Assembly: GCF_006345805.1 (NCBI RefSeq)
Contig: NC_042997.1
Coordinates: 180,358,001 to 180,422,000 of the forward strand
Direction of reading: 5' to 3'
Source of the DNA: Octopus sinensis
Lineage: Eukaryota
DNA: 64,000 bases
This document shows positions 25,557 through 40,353 of the stretch, piece after piece. The position numbers and the translations under genes are program-made. Under the pieces are notes generated by a model that did not search any database, was not told the origin of the DNA, and saw only the letters and a program-made list of their open reading frames with translations. The first letter of the stretch is position 1; every line of letters begins with the position of its first letter.

Positions 25557-26108
25557 AGTGAGAGAGCAGTGCGGGCCATCAAAGTGACACTAGGGTAAAA
25601 TATACGAAGCCCAGTATACCCATCATGACTACACGCCTGATAAGGGCATACTAGGCACATGCATCACAACAACATGTGCGCGACATGGTGATCTCATATT
25701 AAGATAAACAGCGCATGTCCTTGAAGGTGAGGCCCAGTCAGAATTTTCTTCTGGTCTAGTAGCCCATCCCACTCAAAAGGTTCCTGAATAAGGGTTGTTT
25801 AAGGATGTTGAACGAAACACCCATGTTTTCAGAGGTGAATTATTCAAACCCCAAAGAATCCCTCTCAACACATGGCTATGATGCTCTCCCTCTACTTCTG
25901 CACGTGATCAGAGATGCACATATCGTCACCCATTAAGGGACATGCTCAACTGGTTAAGGTCAAACAACTTACAAGTAAATCTGTGGTATTGAGCAGAATA
26001 TTTGCTGTAGTCCATCTTTTATACCAAGAGAAAACAATGTACGTGATGACACTTCCTATCAATTAAGATCAGAAGCCATGAGAGTCAGTGCCTGGTACTG
26101 CATCAGGG

Positions 26109-26111
<3 letters not shown>
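25556..26111. mobile_element. ~555-bp non-coding interspersed element bounded by (ATT)n on both sides
   Basis: More GC-rich block between ATT tracts; no ORF; family not identified. Confidence 0.5.
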
Positions 26112-26189
<78 letters not shown>

Positions 26190-26200
26190 CATTATTGTCA

Positions 26201-26265
<65 letters not shown>
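26112..26265 (+). repeat. (ATT)n microsatellite
   Basis: Direct reading. Confidence 0.95.
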
Positions 26266-26266
<1 letters not shown>

Positions 26267-26952
26267 TCACCTCTTCTACAACACCATCGTAATTGCTGTC
26301 ATCATCATAATAATCATCATCATGCACCTTACACAATTAACGCCTCACTCTCTCTAACAGAACCATCATGGCGACGAGGATGATGGGGAAGTAGAGAAGA
26401 AAATTCATGATGACTATGGCGATAAGGAAGAGGAAGGGAAGAACGAGGAGGAAAAAGAGAACGAGGAGGACGAGGGGGAGAAGAAGGACGAGGAACGGGA
26501 AGGGAAAGAGAAAGAGATGGGGAGGAGAATAATGACGATGAGGTTAATGAAGATGAAGGGAATGTGTTGGGTCATCAGAATCGACTTCATTCTCGTTCTC
26601 TTATTCGATTGCTCTTATGCTTATATATTAATGATGCCTGGTTTGTGTTCTCTGAAATATCTTCTTTTAATTGACTCAAGTTCCCTACACGACACGACAT
26701 CAGCAATGAGGAATTATCTGAGAAGTGTCTGAGGAATTAAGCCGAGGAACAATCGTTCTCTTGTAATCGATATGTGATTCGTAAATAAATGCATACGCAT
26801 GAACGTTTATGTTCGGATTAGTATACTTTATATATATATATATATATGTGTGTGTTTGTATAGATAGAGAGATACATATCTATATATACACATCTATATA
26901 TATGCATACAATATATGTATAAATATATATGTATACGTATATATGTGTCTGT

Positions 26953-27032
<80 letters not shown>

Positions 27033-27040
27033 ATATATAT

Positions 27041-27071
<31 letters not shown>

Positions 27072-27143
27072 CATATATATATATATATGTATGTATGTAT
27101 TCATACATACATATATATATACATACATACATACATACATACA

Positions 27144-27174
<31 letters not shown>

Positions 27175-27299
27175 GTACTCACATATATAATTCTTTAACG
27201 ATAAAAATACAATGGTAAGTTATCGAATATATCTATTTCAATACTGCGGTGTGTGTTTCATTTTTTTCTCTTTATTTTAAAATATTTGTAAATTTTTTT

Positions 27300-28103
27300 G
27301 ATTTTGACGACTACACATTATAGTAGGGTCAGTTGGGCACCGTATATGAGGAAAAGAGTACTATGACGCACTTCACTTTGTCAGAAATATGGAAACAACA
27401 TGCTCTACAGCTTGGCATTCGCGCCGGAATCTCCAATATGGACAGATAGTGAACACAGAGAACAACAGTTTACATGCGTGGTCCCGAAAACATGTACCAA
27501 GAGTGATAAAAACCAAAGGTCATTGTGTTTGGAGGGGTCACTAGTGATGGCGATTTTATACATTCATTAACTCACACGGCCTCACATTCAATATAGGAGC
27601 CTACCTAAAGTGTGTGGAGGAGGTAGTGTTGCCCTGTGCCATGAGGATGGCTGCTGGAAATCCTGTCTGTCAACAGGCCTCTGCAGCATGCCACAAGCAG
27701 GGAGACGCAATCATTTCTGCGACATTAGCCCTAAAATCTAGTCACCTAACTCCCCAGACTAAACCCCAATTGATTATTATGTGTGGAGCATATTGAAGCG
27801 AGAGACCAACAAAACTCCTTTAACACGAAAGATGATCTGAAGGGAAGGATTTTGGCAGCATTCACCAACTTAAATGAGGAGACCGCCCAGAAGAGTTGCA
27901 GGAGATTCTGAAATCGTCTGGAGGCCGTAATTGAAACCAATGGTGATCTTATTGAATAAATAATATCACCATTGGTTTCATAAGATCATACTGTTTAGTA
28001 TTTCAAGATATTTTTATGTAATTTTGGTAAATATACCTGTTAATATTAGATGTTAGTATTATTTTAATGTTTGCGTAATTTTGGCGACAATATTTTCACC
28101 ACA

Positions 28104-28106
<3 letters not shown>
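27300..28106 (+). mobile_element. Decayed Tc1/mariner (DD37D/maT-like) transposon
   Basis: VFGGVTSDGD; C.EEVVLP; V.QQ.SA.CH; NSPD..P.DYYVW..L.RETNKT...LEAVIETNGDLIE*. Right TIR-like tattttcaccacaccta ends at TA. Confidence 0.85.
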
Positions 28107-28142
<36 letters not shown>

Positions 28143-28246
28143 CTAGATATATATATTTAGCTAGATATATAGATGCGCTAGATAGAAAAATAGATAGATA
28201 GATACATACATAGGTAGATACATACATACATACATACATACATACA

Positions 28247-28278
<32 letters not shown>

Positions 28279-28988
28279 ACATGAAAATTATTTCTATCTA
28301 ATCACCTGTTTATACAAATTATTGTTTACACATAGAAGTGCCGAATTGCTGTAGACATTTACATGGCCATTTTGTTTTATTGCGATTCGACGTTGCATTT
28401 TTTTAAATATTATTATCCTGGCGGCTACACTATATTGATTATTGGCTCCGGCACATCAGTGTTTTTTTAGAGAGAATTATATTTCTACGTTTGTTACTGA
28501 ATTTAAAACTTTACTTCATCGATTGTTAGTTGCTTAACGAATGTCAGTGTTACTTTACTATTCTGTAAGTTGAATGCAAAACTAGAAATCAGTGATCGTT
28601 TGAAACATGAGCTTTAACGTATGCTATAAGATTCATGCCCATAGCGTTCCGCTCACTAACTGAAAGGAGATAGTATAAACGTAGCGATAAGCAACGTGTT
28701 TAATATTCATTTTGAGTCTGCGCTGAACAGTGATATAAATAATATTGCTGAAGATTTCCTGGAAAGGTTTATTCTTGAAGTAAAGAATGTGACAAATTTC
28801 TTATTATGTTCTATAAATTGAATGGGTATATTAGGAATTCTACGAGAAAGTAATATAGGTGGGGAGAAAAGATATACCTGCATAATATTGTAAAGAGTCA
28901 CTGACAAGGCTAAACTACTCTAATTAGTGAAAATAATTCGAACTTTCCGATGCATTCTTGTAGATGGCTAACTCATTATTTCCCGAAG

Positions 28989-29128
28989 AATCCTTCGGTA
29001 AGATATTTTTTATTGAAAAATATTAAAGCAGTATTATTTTCCAATGAGAAAATATTTGAATCCTTCGGTAAGATATTTTTTAGTGAAAAATATTAAAGCA
29101 GTATTATTTTCCAATGAGAAAATATTTG
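28989..29128 (+). repeat. 70-bp tandem duplication
   Basis: 28989-29058 and 29059-29128 differ by one base. Confidence 0.9.
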
Positions 29129-30274
29129 TTTCTAATATCCGCAAACAAATCATTCAATATAGACATTTACAACACGCTAGCTCTTAAATGCTACTTTATT
29201 TTATCCATACCAGTGAGATGAACTGTAAAGCCGACCTCTGCGGGTTTGAAATCAGAGTTTAAAAGAGCCATAATAAGTACCGCAACACATTTTTTCTAAC
29301 ACTCTTGAATTTTATCTAAATCCTTGCCAAATGAAGCAATTGAGCCCGTCAGTATAAGTTTGAAAATTGCAGTAGTTAATGCATCTATTAGAGACTTCCC
29401 TGGACCCAATGAAACCTAAGTATATATGCAAATAATTTTGCCATCACCCAAGTGTCTATAGAGAAATTATAGTATTAGTAATATGATTTCCAACCTGTCT
29501 TCCGCTCGAGAAATATTTGATAAAGCAACCCTTTCCCAAAAGTTCTTGTGTAATAGCGCACTGACCGATAGTGACTGTGAAAAGATGACAACATGCATAC
29601 CAACCCACCCAGGCATAAAAATATACCTCCGAAAATTATATGATCTGCTAGTACTTTCTCCTATTATGTTATGACTAACGTAGAACTGAAATGCCAGGAA
29701 TCCAAACACTTGCCCACTAGACAAGGCTTGCTTAGTTAGTTCAGTTGTATACTAAACCTGGGTGAATTTCTGCTCTGCCAAATTAAAGAACCTTAAGACG
29801 AAATACAGTCGATTTTGTGACAAAGATTTGCTAAAGCCATACACTAACCACTACACTTCTTTCCACCACCTTGATAAGAAAAATAAGCGCAAATCTTGCA
29901 ATCCATAATTGCGACCCGAACAAAAGTTACATGCTACTCAATATCTAGTGGAACAACGAAGCGAGATATAGGTCACTCATTAACGGGTTAAAAAAAAGAG
30001 CAAACTTTATGTGGGTGTACACATGTAGTTATTAGATTGTAGACTGGTAGACCTAAGACGACAGCATTTCCACAGGTTTCTGTTATCTAATCGAAAGGGG
30101 TGTCTCCTCACCAGATTAGATACACGACTTTACGTACTTCAATCCCCACCACCATTCCATTATCCCAACGACACATAATTATTTTAAATATAAATATTCG
30201 GCATTAAAGTATTCTTCATTGAAGTAGTTAAAGTGACGCAAAACTTATATATGCATATGTGTATGCATGTATGT

Positions 30275-30322
<48 letters not shown>

Positions 30323-30323
30323 G

Positions 30324-30716
30324 TACTAGCAGTATCGCCCGGCGTTGCTCGGGTTTGCAAGGGAAATAACTATATAAGCATTTTTAGAGAGTTGTAGCCA
30401 AAAAATAGCAAAAAATGCATCAAAAATGGAAATAAAAATATGGTATTTTTTTTTTAAATCGTTGACTCATCGGAAACATTTTTAGAGAGTTACTTCCCCT
30501 ATATAATAGCGAAAAAATGCATTAAAATGGAAAAAAATGATAGTAATTTTTTTTTAATCGTAGACTCATCGTAGACGCGCGCTAATACCCCGAAGGCTCG
30601 ATATGAATCACGACTATAAGATACACGGTTTTGGATAAACTGCACCGCAGAATGTGGGAGTAGTCAGGAATCTAAATCGTAGGAGACAGACACACAACTT
30701 GACTTTTATATATAAG
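30324..30716 (+). mobile_element. Helitron/Helentron-type non-autonomous element (HINE-like)
   Basis: 5' tactagcagtatcgcccggcgttgctcggg with a subterminal hairpin; 3' acagacacac...cttttatatata. Confidence 0.6.
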
Positions 30717-31899
30717 TATATCCGTGTTTGTGTATGTGTGCATTCGTTTTTGTTTGTGTGTGTGTTTGTGATTGTTTTGTTCTACAAAATTCCTCTCCCA
30801 AGACAGGTCGACAATAAAAGGCATTTGCTCAAGATACCAACAAGTGAAGTCAAATAAAGATCCGCATATTTACGAAACGGAATGCTTAAATGCACATCAT
30901 AGCTCCTCTTTTGTATGTTTTCTCTCATAAGTCGTCTTTTAGATTTGCATCTGAAATATTTGCAGACACTGTATGATGCCTTACAATGAATCGATACTCT
31001 TACAACTTTTCTTAAATGTTTATGGTGTTTTGATATATCTAAAGTCATGTGAATGAGATTGCAGTGTGCGAAATAATTGACATACGAAGTTAGATATAAA
31101 CAATTGTTTGATTCTATGTAAATATATTGAAAATGCAATGCTAAATTCATTTTGTTTTAAATATTTATCAATACAATTCTCCTTACACAGTACGTTATAT
31201 TATATAGCAAATTAGTTCAGCTAGTCACGGGAATATCACTAATGACACATTTTTTACGAGAGAAGGACGAAAGACTGAAGTAAATTAGATTTGCACTAGA
31301 AATATTTTGAAAGTTAAATTGGAAAACTATAGAAAATGTCAAAATTGCTTAAACCTTATGGAAGATAATCCATCTTCGCAAGAAAATACGAATATCCTTG
31401 GGAGCAGATGTTAAGGAAATTAAAAGTCAATACTAAAATTAATATATGAACACTATATATATGTATTTATGTGTATATGTACATGTGTGTGTGTATGAAT
31501 GAGCATGAGTGTAGAGTGTTTGGTGGGGGTTTGTATAGGCATGTATTATATTATAGATTATATATGTTTAAGAGTTAATAACAAAAATATTGACGTTTTA
31601 TGCAATAAAATAAAGAGTATGAACATGCATAATTGTTGCTTAAGTTCTTCTGCACTTAGGTTATATTTGAGAGAGCGCGGGTGAGAGAGAGTGTGTGTGT
31701 GTGTGTATGTATGAGCGATAGAGCGAGAGAGCGAGAGAGAGAGAGAGGGTGGGGGAGAACTCTATCATGCAATCCTGTCACCTTTAAAATTTACTAACTC
31801 ACAATTCTGAAAAACTGGCCTCGCTCTTTATAAACCGCATATTACGATTTATAGTATTGAACTATCCGTATTATGTACTCCACATTATTTAATATAATG

Positions 31900-32665
31900 C
31901 TTTCTACTATAGGGACAAAGCCTGGAATATGTGGGAAGCGGTATAGTCGGTCACATCGCCCTCAGTACTTGACTGGTACCTGTTTTATCGACCTCGAAAA
32001 GATGAAAGGCATTTGAACTCAGAACGTAAAGACAGACGGAATTTTAGCTCAGAACACAAAGATAGACGAAACGCCGTTTAGTATTTTGTTTGGTGTGTTA
32101 ACTATTCTGCCAGTTCGCTAACTCATGCCGTCTTAATATAATTATTTCTTTATTGCCCACCGGGGGTTTAAACATGGTACTTATTTAATCGACCGCGGAA
32201 GGATGAAAGCCATAGTCGACCTCGGCGGAATTTGAAATCAGAACGTAATGACAGACGAAATACCTATAAGGGGCTAAACACAGAGAGGACACACAAGGAC
32301 AGACAAATGGATTAAGTTGATTACGTCGAGCCCAGTGCGTAACTGGTATTTATTTAATCGACCCCGAAAGGATAAAAGGCAAAGTTGACCTTGGCAGAAT
32401 TTGAACTCAGAACATAGCAGCAGAGGAAACACCTATTTCTTTACTACCCACAAGAGGCTAAACACAGAGAGGACAAACAAGAACAGACAAACTGATTAAG
32501 TCGATTATATCGACCCTAGTGCGTAACTGGTACTTAATTTATCGACCCCGAAAGGATGAAAGGCAAAGTCGACCTCGGCGGAAGTTGAACTCAGGATGTA
32601 ACGGCAGACGAAATACCGCAAAACATTTCGCCCGGCGTGCTAACGATTCTACCAGCTCGCCGCCT
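31900..32665 (-). mobile_element. SINE family 2 multimer: one head plus several tandem bodies
   Basis: The aatcgaccccgaaaggatgaaaggcaaagtcgacctcggcggaatttgaactcag block recurs about 4 times. Confidence 0.85.
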
Positions 32666-32702
32666 TTACTGCTTTGGTATAATGCAAAAAAAAAAAAAAA
32701 GT

Positions 32703-32870
32703 TCGGCGAGCTGGCACGATCAACAGCAGGCCGAAGAAAATACTTAACGATATTTTATTAGTCTCTACATTATAAATTCAAATTTCATCGAGGTCGACTT
32801 TGCTTTTTTCCTTTGCGGGTCGCTAAAATGAATGCTAGTTGAGCACTGATATGGACGTAATCGACTTATT
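32703..32870 (+). mobile_element. SINE family 2, diverged copy
   Basis: ggcgagctggca head and gaggtcgactttgc core. Confidence 0.6.
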
Positions 32871-35800
32871 CCTCACTGAAATTGCTGGCATTGTGTCAAA
32901 ATTTGAACCTAATATAATGCAACAGCATAGTTTATTAAGCACATTATAGTCGACCGTTAATCTCTTTTTGAATGACTTTTTAGGTCTTTTCAAATATTTC
33001 GTATCGAATGCATTCCATTCTATCATCATTTGTTAATAAGTATCACCTCCATCATATTTACTTTAAATATTTACTATAAACGTTTAGCATTTTCTGTAGT
33101 AATTTATGAAAAAAAAATTCACACTACCTATTATATCCAACTAAATACATATTTGACTTACATTACCATTACCTATAATCTAGATATATATGTTGTACCA
33201 TTAAACGGCTCATGCCTTCACTTCTCTTAAAACATTTATGCATTTCACTAAAAGGCAGGCGGAATTCCAATTCACTTTGCACCTTAGCATGCTTATTGTA
33301 ACTAATATTGATAAATACATTGTTGTGAATTACGTGTAGCATGAACTGTTTATAATATTTATGTTCGAATTTGCTGGAATTCATATAATTTACATTTTTA
33401 CAAACACTAATCTATATCAATAATGATGTTTAAAATTGACTGTACCCAAATTCTTGTGGTTGTTTCTTTTGCAAATTGGAGAAGTCTGAAGCAATTAGAT
33501 AAACATATACACCACGCCTCTTGCTTCTCATTGATTCATCATTCGACCTTGATGAGGGATTTTTACGGGCTGTTGACTTTGGACTTTCATAAAAAAAACA
33601 TTACGTGTGACAATTGCTGATAATTGCCAACGAGAGAAGTAAAATGTGAAATATAAATATTTAATTAATATTTCCTTTGATAGCCACTGGTGCCATTCAT
33701 TCTAAAACTCATTCGTTGTTGATCTTTCAGCTGTCACTTGTTTGTTCACTTGGAATCAATTTGTGTGATTTTGTGATTTTGTATATTTATATGCCTATTT
33801 ATCGTTTTTTTTTAAATTTTTGCTTGCATAGCTAACTGTACAATTAGATTTTAGTTTTGAAAGCGGACAACAGCTTCCATTTGTTTTCCAGGAAATTATG
33901 GTCGAATTAATAATTCTTAAATAAATAAATTAAGGAGAAATGCATGACAGAGATAGGAATATCTCTAGTGGTTTCTGCATATCAATCATGCAAATGGTGC
34001 AGGGGGAATTTTTTTCCAATTTTAAAGGACAGCAAACAATCAAAATACACATGCTTTGATGACAAATTAATATTGCGTCCTATTAGTCTCAACGGGTCCC
34101 AATGCCATCCGATGGCAACCCTATACACACATACATATTTTCATGCATATATATGGATATTGGTTCGTGTATGTGTGTATAGTGTGGTGAATGTGTTTGC
34201 TTAATACTTTATTTGTGGAGCAATATTCATTAAAACATCATTGTTTGCACTTGCATTATGTTTTGGAATAATCTCTTAAACGTTTAATAAATATAATATT
34301 TTTTTAATTGTGATACATGTTTTATATGTTATATTTCCATGGTAATAATGAAACCGCGTGAGGGAGTGAATTTAGAAGTATCTGTAACAACGAAATTAAT
34401 GTCTGTCTACGAGTTATAAAATTCATAAACATACTATGTTAGTCTGCAAATAGTTGCCCGTCGAATTCCTTGATAACTATATTCAGTTGTCGGAAAATAG
34501 CAAGAGCAAAATAGGATGGAGTCTTGTCGAAGGGAGAAAATTTAGGACTGCTACTGCGATACTACACATGTATCTGGATCTCACCACTAGAACCTAGGGC
34601 ATTTTATCGTTTCAGATATTGGCGATAATGCGATGACCAGAACGCCATCAACAAACACCAAGAGAGTCAACACACATGATATCTGTTGACGATAAACATA
34701 CCTTAGTGATGAAGTTGTATAAAGACGGTAATAGATTTGAAAGTATCACAATGTGTATGGAATACAACAAGTGGAAAATGGGATCCAGGGCGATTTGTAC
34801 TTTTTCTTCTTTACAGGCTTCAGGAAATCTCATTTTCTTCTTGTCTGTGCTACTCTGGCTTTTATCTACGTTGGCGCATACAGAGGACAATATGTCATAG
34901 CTAATGAACCATATCTACAACTTTGCTGGGCAGACATCGGAGCAGAATAGGAGTCCATCACTATGAATATAATTTTACTGCATGCATGTTCATTCACTAT
35001 CTCACGTATTAGAGTTTTATCAGCCCTATTGAGAAGACATCATCTTGTTCTTCGGGAATTCATGTAACACCCCTTCTATGCACCATAGTTTATTGACTAC
35101 TTTCATCGCGGAATGCTGTTTATTTTAATTCTTACACTCTTATATTTAACAGGTCAAAACGAATAGCTAGCAACAGAAATGGAAACATAATGTCTGCTGA
35201 TATAATCCGCCTTTTATATCAGAAATTGTTATAGCAACAGCCAAATTAGTTTTCACCTCCTGGAGAAAAGAACTTGCCTTAATCCATATTTGGTTCATTA
35301 AAATCACAGCATATCTTACAGACTAAAAGTAAAGATATTCATCAGAATGAAGTCCCGAACATGAAACAGAATATATGTGACCGTTTTACATAAAAATCCT
35401 TCAAATATCCAACACCTTCGTTTGCTAATATCTATTCCATGGATTTTTCGAGATACTTTCCTCGTAATTTTTCCGTTCTTATAGCACACCTTATAGCATT
35501 TCCCATATCGTCCCACATCGTATAACATCATTGTATTACTACCTGCTTTATTCCTTATGAATTTTATTATCATTGCTGTAAGTATGATACAGGGTACATT
35601 TAACAAAACCCTTCCGTTATTGTTCTTGTGTTTTTACCTATCAATTATTGTACTTATATTAATTGTACCCAAATAACGTTATTTTGTGTACCAACATTTT
35701 AAATACTTTCTCCCCCAGTGCCGTACCTACGATCCAGTAATTTTAGTGCGCTCTTTTCTGTTCACCCACTTTACTACATGATGTTCCAAAGCTACTTATT

Positions 35801-36578
35801 TTTAACTATCATTTGCTTTTAATTTCATTATATATTTTGCCTCGAATATGCCCATATTCAGATTGTATGCATAGTATATCATATCCTAAACATTTTCCAT
35901 ATATACATCTCATTATATTTCAACTTATGTTTCTCTTCTTTCTGTTGTTATTTCTTCTTCTTCTGCATTTACTTTTCCTTCACATTCTTCATCTTTCTCT
36001 GTAAATTTCTTTTTCTCTGTCCACTAAAAACACCAATGCCTACAACCATAGCTCACCCTGCACCATTAGATATTTATAACAAATACCACATCTGTGCTGT
36101 GCATTCATTTACAGGATCTTCCTAACCTTTTACGTTTCTCAATTCCATGAACTTTTAATCTTTTATACAATCACTTCTACTCGCTTCCACCACATACATT
36201 CTCAGAAATATGTTTGTTCCTTTGTATTATTCGTTTCCCGTATGCTCTGTAGAGTTGTGTTTAGTTCATTTTCTCTTATGAATGCATTTATCAGTTATCT
36301 TCCTCTAAGAGTAATTTCACCAGCAAAAGTATGCTCACAACTTCGACATTCAAGTTATGAGGATCTATTCACAGTCAGCGAGCAGATAGAACTCTGGAAT
36401 TGTTGATTTGTTCCGGCTGTTTGCATTCTGGATTCAAATCCAAAGGAGGGCTACTTTGCTTTTCATGCTTTCGAGCTCGATAAAAAAAAGTAACGCAAAA
36501 ATACCGATTCGATGCAATCGATTTGCAACTTTTCTTGTCAAAAATTACTACACCTCTGCCAGTAGTTGATTTTATTGC

Positions 36579-36625
36579 TATTATTATTATTATTATTATT
36601 ATTGCTATTGCTATTATTATTATTA

Positions 36626-36705
<80 letters not shown>

Positions 36706-36752
36706 TATTATTATTATTATTATAATCATTATCATTATTATTATTATTATTA

Positions 36753-36822
<70 letters not shown>
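36579..36822 (+). repeat. Long (ATT)n microsatellite
   Basis: Direct reading. Confidence 0.95.
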
Positions 36823-36824
<2 letters not shown>

Positions 36825-38560
36825 CTGCTTTCAATATTAATATAGCTCGTTTGTGGTATTCCCTTTTTATTTTCTCTTTCATTTGTGTGTGTTGTATCGC
36901 ATCTAGTTCATTGATTCCTAAGTATTTGTATGTCTGGCTTTGCTCTAATTCTATTATTTCATCTGCTTTATCTTGTGTGATGTACTCTTATCTCGTTTTC
37001 CTTTTTTTCAATGTTGCTTTGGAACATCTTTCTAAACCAAATTTCATGTTTATTTCTTTGGTAAATCCATGTACTGTCTGTAGCAATGTTTCAAGCTGTT
37101 TATCATTTGTAGCATAGATCACCCACATACAAGAAATGGTCGATTGTTTTGTCGTAATATTTGTATCCACATCCAGTTCTGTTTAGCTTCTCAGATAAAG
37201 GTGTCAGTGCCACGGAGAAAAGGAGTGAAGAGAACGTGTCTCCCTTGAATATTCCTTTTCTAATGAGGATGGTTCTGGTTTTTATGAGGTCCTCTTTTGT
37301 GTGAAGTTTTAGCACTGTCTACCATTTCTTCATTGAATGTTTTATATATTTTGATAATTATGGGTGCTACCTTGTTCATGGTTAGTGTTTCTAGGATCCA
37401 TGTGTGCGTAATACCATCAAAAGCTTTTCGATAATCAGTTCGAGTCATACTTTGACCCTTCTTCTTTCTGCGGCTGTCTTCAGTTATGGCTTTATTGATC
37501 AGTAGCTGTTCTTTAGTGTTGTATGAGTTCTTGCAGCATCCTGTCTGCTCTTCTAGAAACAGTTTGTTTTCTTCCAGATGTTTTCCCATTCCTTGCCATA
37601 TTACTGTAGTAAAGGCAAAACGCCTAGATTGTATGTTATTTCTAAAGTCTGCAGATGCTTTTCTTTTCAGTTTGGGTGTTATTGATCCCAATTATTCGAT
37701 GAAATTAGGGGCAACCTTTATGTTTGACTCTCGTAGCTGCCACATCTTCGCAGTCTCGGTTCTCAAGTCTCCATATTTCTCAATCTGTTCTCTTTCTTAC
37801 ATGATAATACGTTGATCTCCTGGAACTGCCACATCGGCTATTAGGCACTCTTGTTTGTCCCTCCTAAAGGTTACTATACCCGGCCTTCAGTACTCTAACC
37901 TCTTCTCTGTCTCGAAGTCCAAGTCATAGAGGCTTTACGCCTTCCCATTTTCGTACATTACATTTTCCGGAGTATGTTAGTACCAAAAACCTGTTACCTC
38001 GTATCCATATTTCCAGCATAGTAGCCAGTGAAGGTTTGGGGCTTCCTTGTCGTTTCTGCGTTAGTACTCTTTATGCGTAAGACGTTCACAAGCACTAACA
38101 ATGTGTCACGCTTTCGAGCCTCTTCCCACACATTCTGAAGAGGTTCGTTACATTTGTGTGGTATATATCCATTTTCACTTCGTTGGTAGTCCATGCCTGG
38201 TCCAGCGATGATCAGGTTTTCAGTATTCTTTTTATATGCTATCCTTGATAAGCCACCTCCATGATGCTTCCTGGTCTTTTAAGTTCTTAATTTCACGGTG
38301 GAACTGGCCATGTAATTCCATGCACAGTAGGCTTTCTTCTCTCTTGTTGGCTGTCCCTGATGGGAATTCATCAGCACTCTCAAGTACATTTTTGGTAAAT
38401 GCTTCTATATTAGCAGCATACTGTAGCAGGTCTTGTTTGCTGTTTACCAAACATTCTGCCATGTTTCTTCTTTCACTGTTGATGCACTGCGATATGCTAA
38501 TCTGCCCACGACAGTTATGATTTCAAATTTCTCCAGGTTCAACTTACCCTTTCAGCTATT
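36823..38560 (-). mobile_element. R4/Dong-like RLE non-LTR retrotransposon fragments
   Basis: RT: EEQTGCCKNSYNTKEQLLINKAI, DYRKAFD, KGIFKGDTFSSLLF, FLYVGDL, YKYLGINE. C-terminal part: LHGQFHRE, zinc-knuckle remnant, RLE IADVAVPGD...EKYGDL. Confidence 0.9.
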
Positions 38561-39644
38561 AACAATTTATAACGACAACATCTATGTGCGATTGCAAGAG
38601 GAGAGAAAAATTTGAAGTCAGGTAACCAAATTAATATATAAATGACTGCGTATTGCCAAGGCATGTGTAGAGTAAAGCAATTTTAAGGTTAACTTAGCGT
38701 ACCACTATATGACAAAGCGGAAGCTTTAATCTTCATTAAACTACCAGATTAAAAAGACATAGACAGGAGAATGCTGTCTTATTTACCGACCTCGAAATAT
38801 TAAAATTCCGTCTTGAGCAACAAGAGGCTTGGGTATATTGCAGAGAGAAAACCTGAATGTTTCCGTCGAACGAATATTATAAGATTATATCTGGCATTCT
38901 ATCGATTCTATCAATAGCTTCCAGTGAATAAAACACACTCTCCCAGGTGTATATACACTCACAGGCATACACACACACTTTCACACACACGCACAAACAC
39001 GCATATATAATCTCAGAGTGAGAGATAGAAAAAGAGAGGGAGAAATGGAAAGAGAGAGAAAGAGAGAGAAAGAGAAAGTGAGAGAATTGGCATCTCCACA
39101 GCATAAATCTAACCAAATTCGATTCACGAAGTCCCAGCTCAAAATTAAGCTCTGACGTAATAAACTTGCCTGGAGCGACACTAAATAGGATAAAAACCGA
39201 ATCTACGTGATTTGCGTACACTCATATTTCTGAAAATACTCTTACATTTGAAATATTCAGCTCGTGTTGAAAACTATGTTTTTTTTGCAAATAGCAAAGA
39301 CGGAAACTGGTCCATACAAATATAAACCAAATTCACACCAAGTGTGCCCCAGCATAGCCACGGCCTCTATCTCGTAGAAGTAAAATGTATGTGTGTGTGT
39401 ATGCGTACGTGTGTGTGTTGTGTGTGTGTGTGTGCGTGTGTGTGTGCGTGCGTGCGTGTTTGTTTGCGCGCATATGAGACTGATACTAAGGAGTTCTCTG
39501 TTGAACCTCATACTTAAGAATTCACAACGTCTGAAAGCTGATTGTTATCCCGTAATGCCTGCAAATCGATGTAATCTATGAGGCTGGCCGCTGTGTACAA
39601 GGACATGCGTACGCGCGTGCGCACACACTGACTTATATGTGTAT

Positions 39645-39715
<71 letters not shown>

Positions 39716-39995
39716 TTGTGTGTTTGTGTGTGTGTTTGTGCGGACATGCATCCTCGCATGTTCACTTCTTTTAAGCATTTCTTTGTTTCTCTCCCTGGAT
39801 CATACTGGTTCAGCAAGAAGATTCACATAGAATAAGCACCAGATTTAAAATGTAAGAACTTAATTGAATCGAATCGACGAATCGATTTAAATACGTAAAA
39901 AGAAAACTAGATGATTATTAAATATCTATCTATTGAACTATCTTTCTCTGTTTCAATCTCTCTTTCTCTCTACCCCATCTCTCTTGATCTCTCTT

Positions 39996-40025
<30 letters not shown>

Positions 40026-40029
<4 letters not shown>

Positions 40030-40030
40030 T

Positions 40031-40075
<45 letters not shown>

Positions 40076-40091
40076 CAGGTAGGTAGATAGG

Positions 40092-40168
<77 letters not shown>
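40026..40168 (+). repeat. (TAGA)n/(TAGG)n microsatellite
   Basis: Direct reading. Confidence 0.9.
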
Positions 40169-40353
40169 TATATGATATATATGTATATTTATACATATAT
40201 AAATGTATATGTATATATATATATATATATATTAACAATTAAGGAACGGCCATAATAGGCCATTCACCCACTAGAAATAACAGCCAAAGCTTCTACCGCA
40301 AATAAAGATTAATTCCGTAAACAGGAGAAAATTAAAAAAACATTTACCCTGTA

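Noticed and set aside
26040-26111. HDV-like ribozyme at the minus-strand 5' end of the ATT-flanked element
   Set aside because: Partial P1-like pairing is possible, but there is no room for P3/L3 and no clear catalytic junction.
34600-34990. Candidate host-gene exon (ORFs 34676-34900, 34753-34950); also 29467-29724 and 39480-39620
   Set aside because: No recognisable domain and no consistent splice-bounded open frame; cannot be supported without RNA data.
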